In this document: one piece after another, positions 62,401 through 64,000 of the stretch
How the letters are laid out: each line of letters begins with the position of its first letter
How positions within the stretch are numbered: position 1 is the first letter of the stretch
NCBI GenBank assembly: GCA_003971905.1
Contig: RSEE01000054.1
Coordinates: 124,001-188,000 of the forward strand
Length of the DNA stretch: 64,000 bases
Origin: Moniliella sp. 'wahieum'
Taxonomy: Eukaryota
Direction of reading: 5' to 3'
Translations under genes and position numbers: made by a program
Notes under the pieces: generated by a model
What the model was told of the DNA's origin: nothing
Seen by the model: only the letters and a program-made list of their open reading frames with translations
Database searches by the model: none

Positions 62401-64000
62401 CTTGGTCCTCACTTCTTCCCCTTGACTCATTTCCACTTTACACTGTAGACCTGTTGGTCTTTCACCTTCTCTTCTCATGAATAAAACCTGCCAGTTGTTC
62501 TTATACATCCCAAATGGTGATGGCCAACAACAAGCCGACTAGCACTTCTTTCCCCTCTTTCCCCTTCTTTGAGGCACTCCACTCTAGAAGAAGAGCCCTT
62601 TCAATTAACAGTTACCCCGCTTTCACCTCGGCGCCTGAGCCTATACGAATAACAGTGTGTACACAAAACCTCTTCCTTCTCGGACGCTGCCTCTTGCCCG
62701 ACGATACAGCAAAGCACTACTTGCGCATGCCCCCCCCCTAAGCGTCCATTGCAGAGGTCATCTCATGGAGACACTCCGCCCCGGAACTCATGGCCAGACG
62801 CAACGTTCGAGAGACCGTGGAAAAGTCCGATTGTGCTGACCGGCGTCATCGCGTTTTCTCTATATCTTCAAACTTCAAGCTTCATTCTTCATGGACGCGA
62901 ACTTTAGTTAGAGAACTGAAAGCTGGCTCTGTAATGTATCGTGCATGCAATCCTTCCCAACAGTTCAATCACCTCACACATGCCTCTTCCGTTGTCTCGA
63001 ACGCTCCGATTGAAGAGTCCATCTGAGATCTCACGGCCATCTGTTTGTCTGCCGGTAAGACTGGCTTGCCCCGGGCAACACATGATGCAATGCATGGCAA
63101 GCCCTCAGGCCCCTCACCTCAGGCCTGAGCCTCAGGTTTCAGGCAGCTACCTCACCTTGCCAAACGCCGATCCGGCCAAGGCCAGGGGAAAGGGTATTTC
63201 GGCCATAGACGAGATCTCGAATCAAAAAGGCACAGCTGCGCTCTTCTCAGCGAGCACGTGGTCCACTGTGATGCTCTCATTAGGGGGAGTAAATAAAAAA
63301 GCCGTGGGCCATGTCTCTTCCTTTTACGTGAACTTTTCTGATCGGACCAAATACGAAGGCTACCGTCTGTACGGCGACGATATCGAGATTCAGGATAGGG
63401 GGGTCGCGCCGCGCAACGAGAGTAGGATGCAATTGATGGCGGCCGCGACCGCAGCCCCGACGGTGGTGGTAATTTAGTACAGTACGCACATAGGGGCAAA
63501 GCTGGCATAGCATGATCTCATGATCTCGGCATGGATTCGGTACGCGACGTGTGTATACGTACCCTGAAAAAATAGGAGACACGCCACGCACAGTCGCGGG
63601 TGTACCTAGTAAAAGCAAACAATCCGTCCTGCCGTGCGCGATCGCAGGGCAGGGACTACATAGAGTGCATCCGCCAATGCACCCGTGTCTTGCCCGCGCG
63701 GGCTCTTGTCTCTCGCTCTGCAAAGAGAGATGCCATAGTGAAACAATTTGTTTTCTTCAAGCTTCAAGCTTCATATATCCTATAGCTTCCTATACCCCAC
63801 ACGCCGTGAATCTTATTATCGTGGGTAGCTTATTATCCGACGGGTATATTATCGGATCTGAGGATCCCCGCCGGCGAGATGGCATACGCCATCCCGCCTA
63901 ATGTCCCCACTCTTCGGCGTCTCTGAGCACGAATGAGTTCTGAAATACGAGAAAGCCCCGTTGGCGGCGGGGGTTCTAGATCCTGAACTCTCCTCTCGAT

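Noticed and set aside
62514..64000. Protein-like ORF pieces (e.g. 62941-63477) at the right edge
   Set aside because: No recognisable motif, several interruptions and truncation by the window; not enough for a call.

Overview
Eukaryotic, gene-dense fungal DNA, most likely a basidiomycete (short GT-AG introns with CTRAC branch sites, intron-containing tRNAs, GC-rich CDS). Nearly every gene is split by single-base indels, which looks like an unpolished long-read assembly rather than biology, so gene ends are approximate. From left to right: a Ran1/Pat1-like kinase; a Cdc24-like CH-DH RhoGEF with no recognisable PH/PB1; a 3.75-kb internally deleted Copia-type LTR retrotransposon with a 5-bp TSD; cactin; an unknown gene; ALG5; an alpha-arrestin; MSH5; tRNA-Val; a SulP sulfate permease; tRNA-Pro; an orphan CCCH zinc-finger gene; tRNA-Gly; ThrRS; a BOR1-like transporter; an Hrp1/Musashi-like RRM protein; CCT6; CCDC124/Lso2; eIF2B-epsilon; SmG; an inositol polyphosphate 5-phosphatase; CysRS; a C8orf82/DUF4505 homolog; and a small zinc-ribbon ORF. 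The most striking observation is in the retroelement: an in-frame UAG lies between gag and the protease, and is followed by a short spacer and a compact three-way RNA junction. This resembles a stop-codon readthrough signal.
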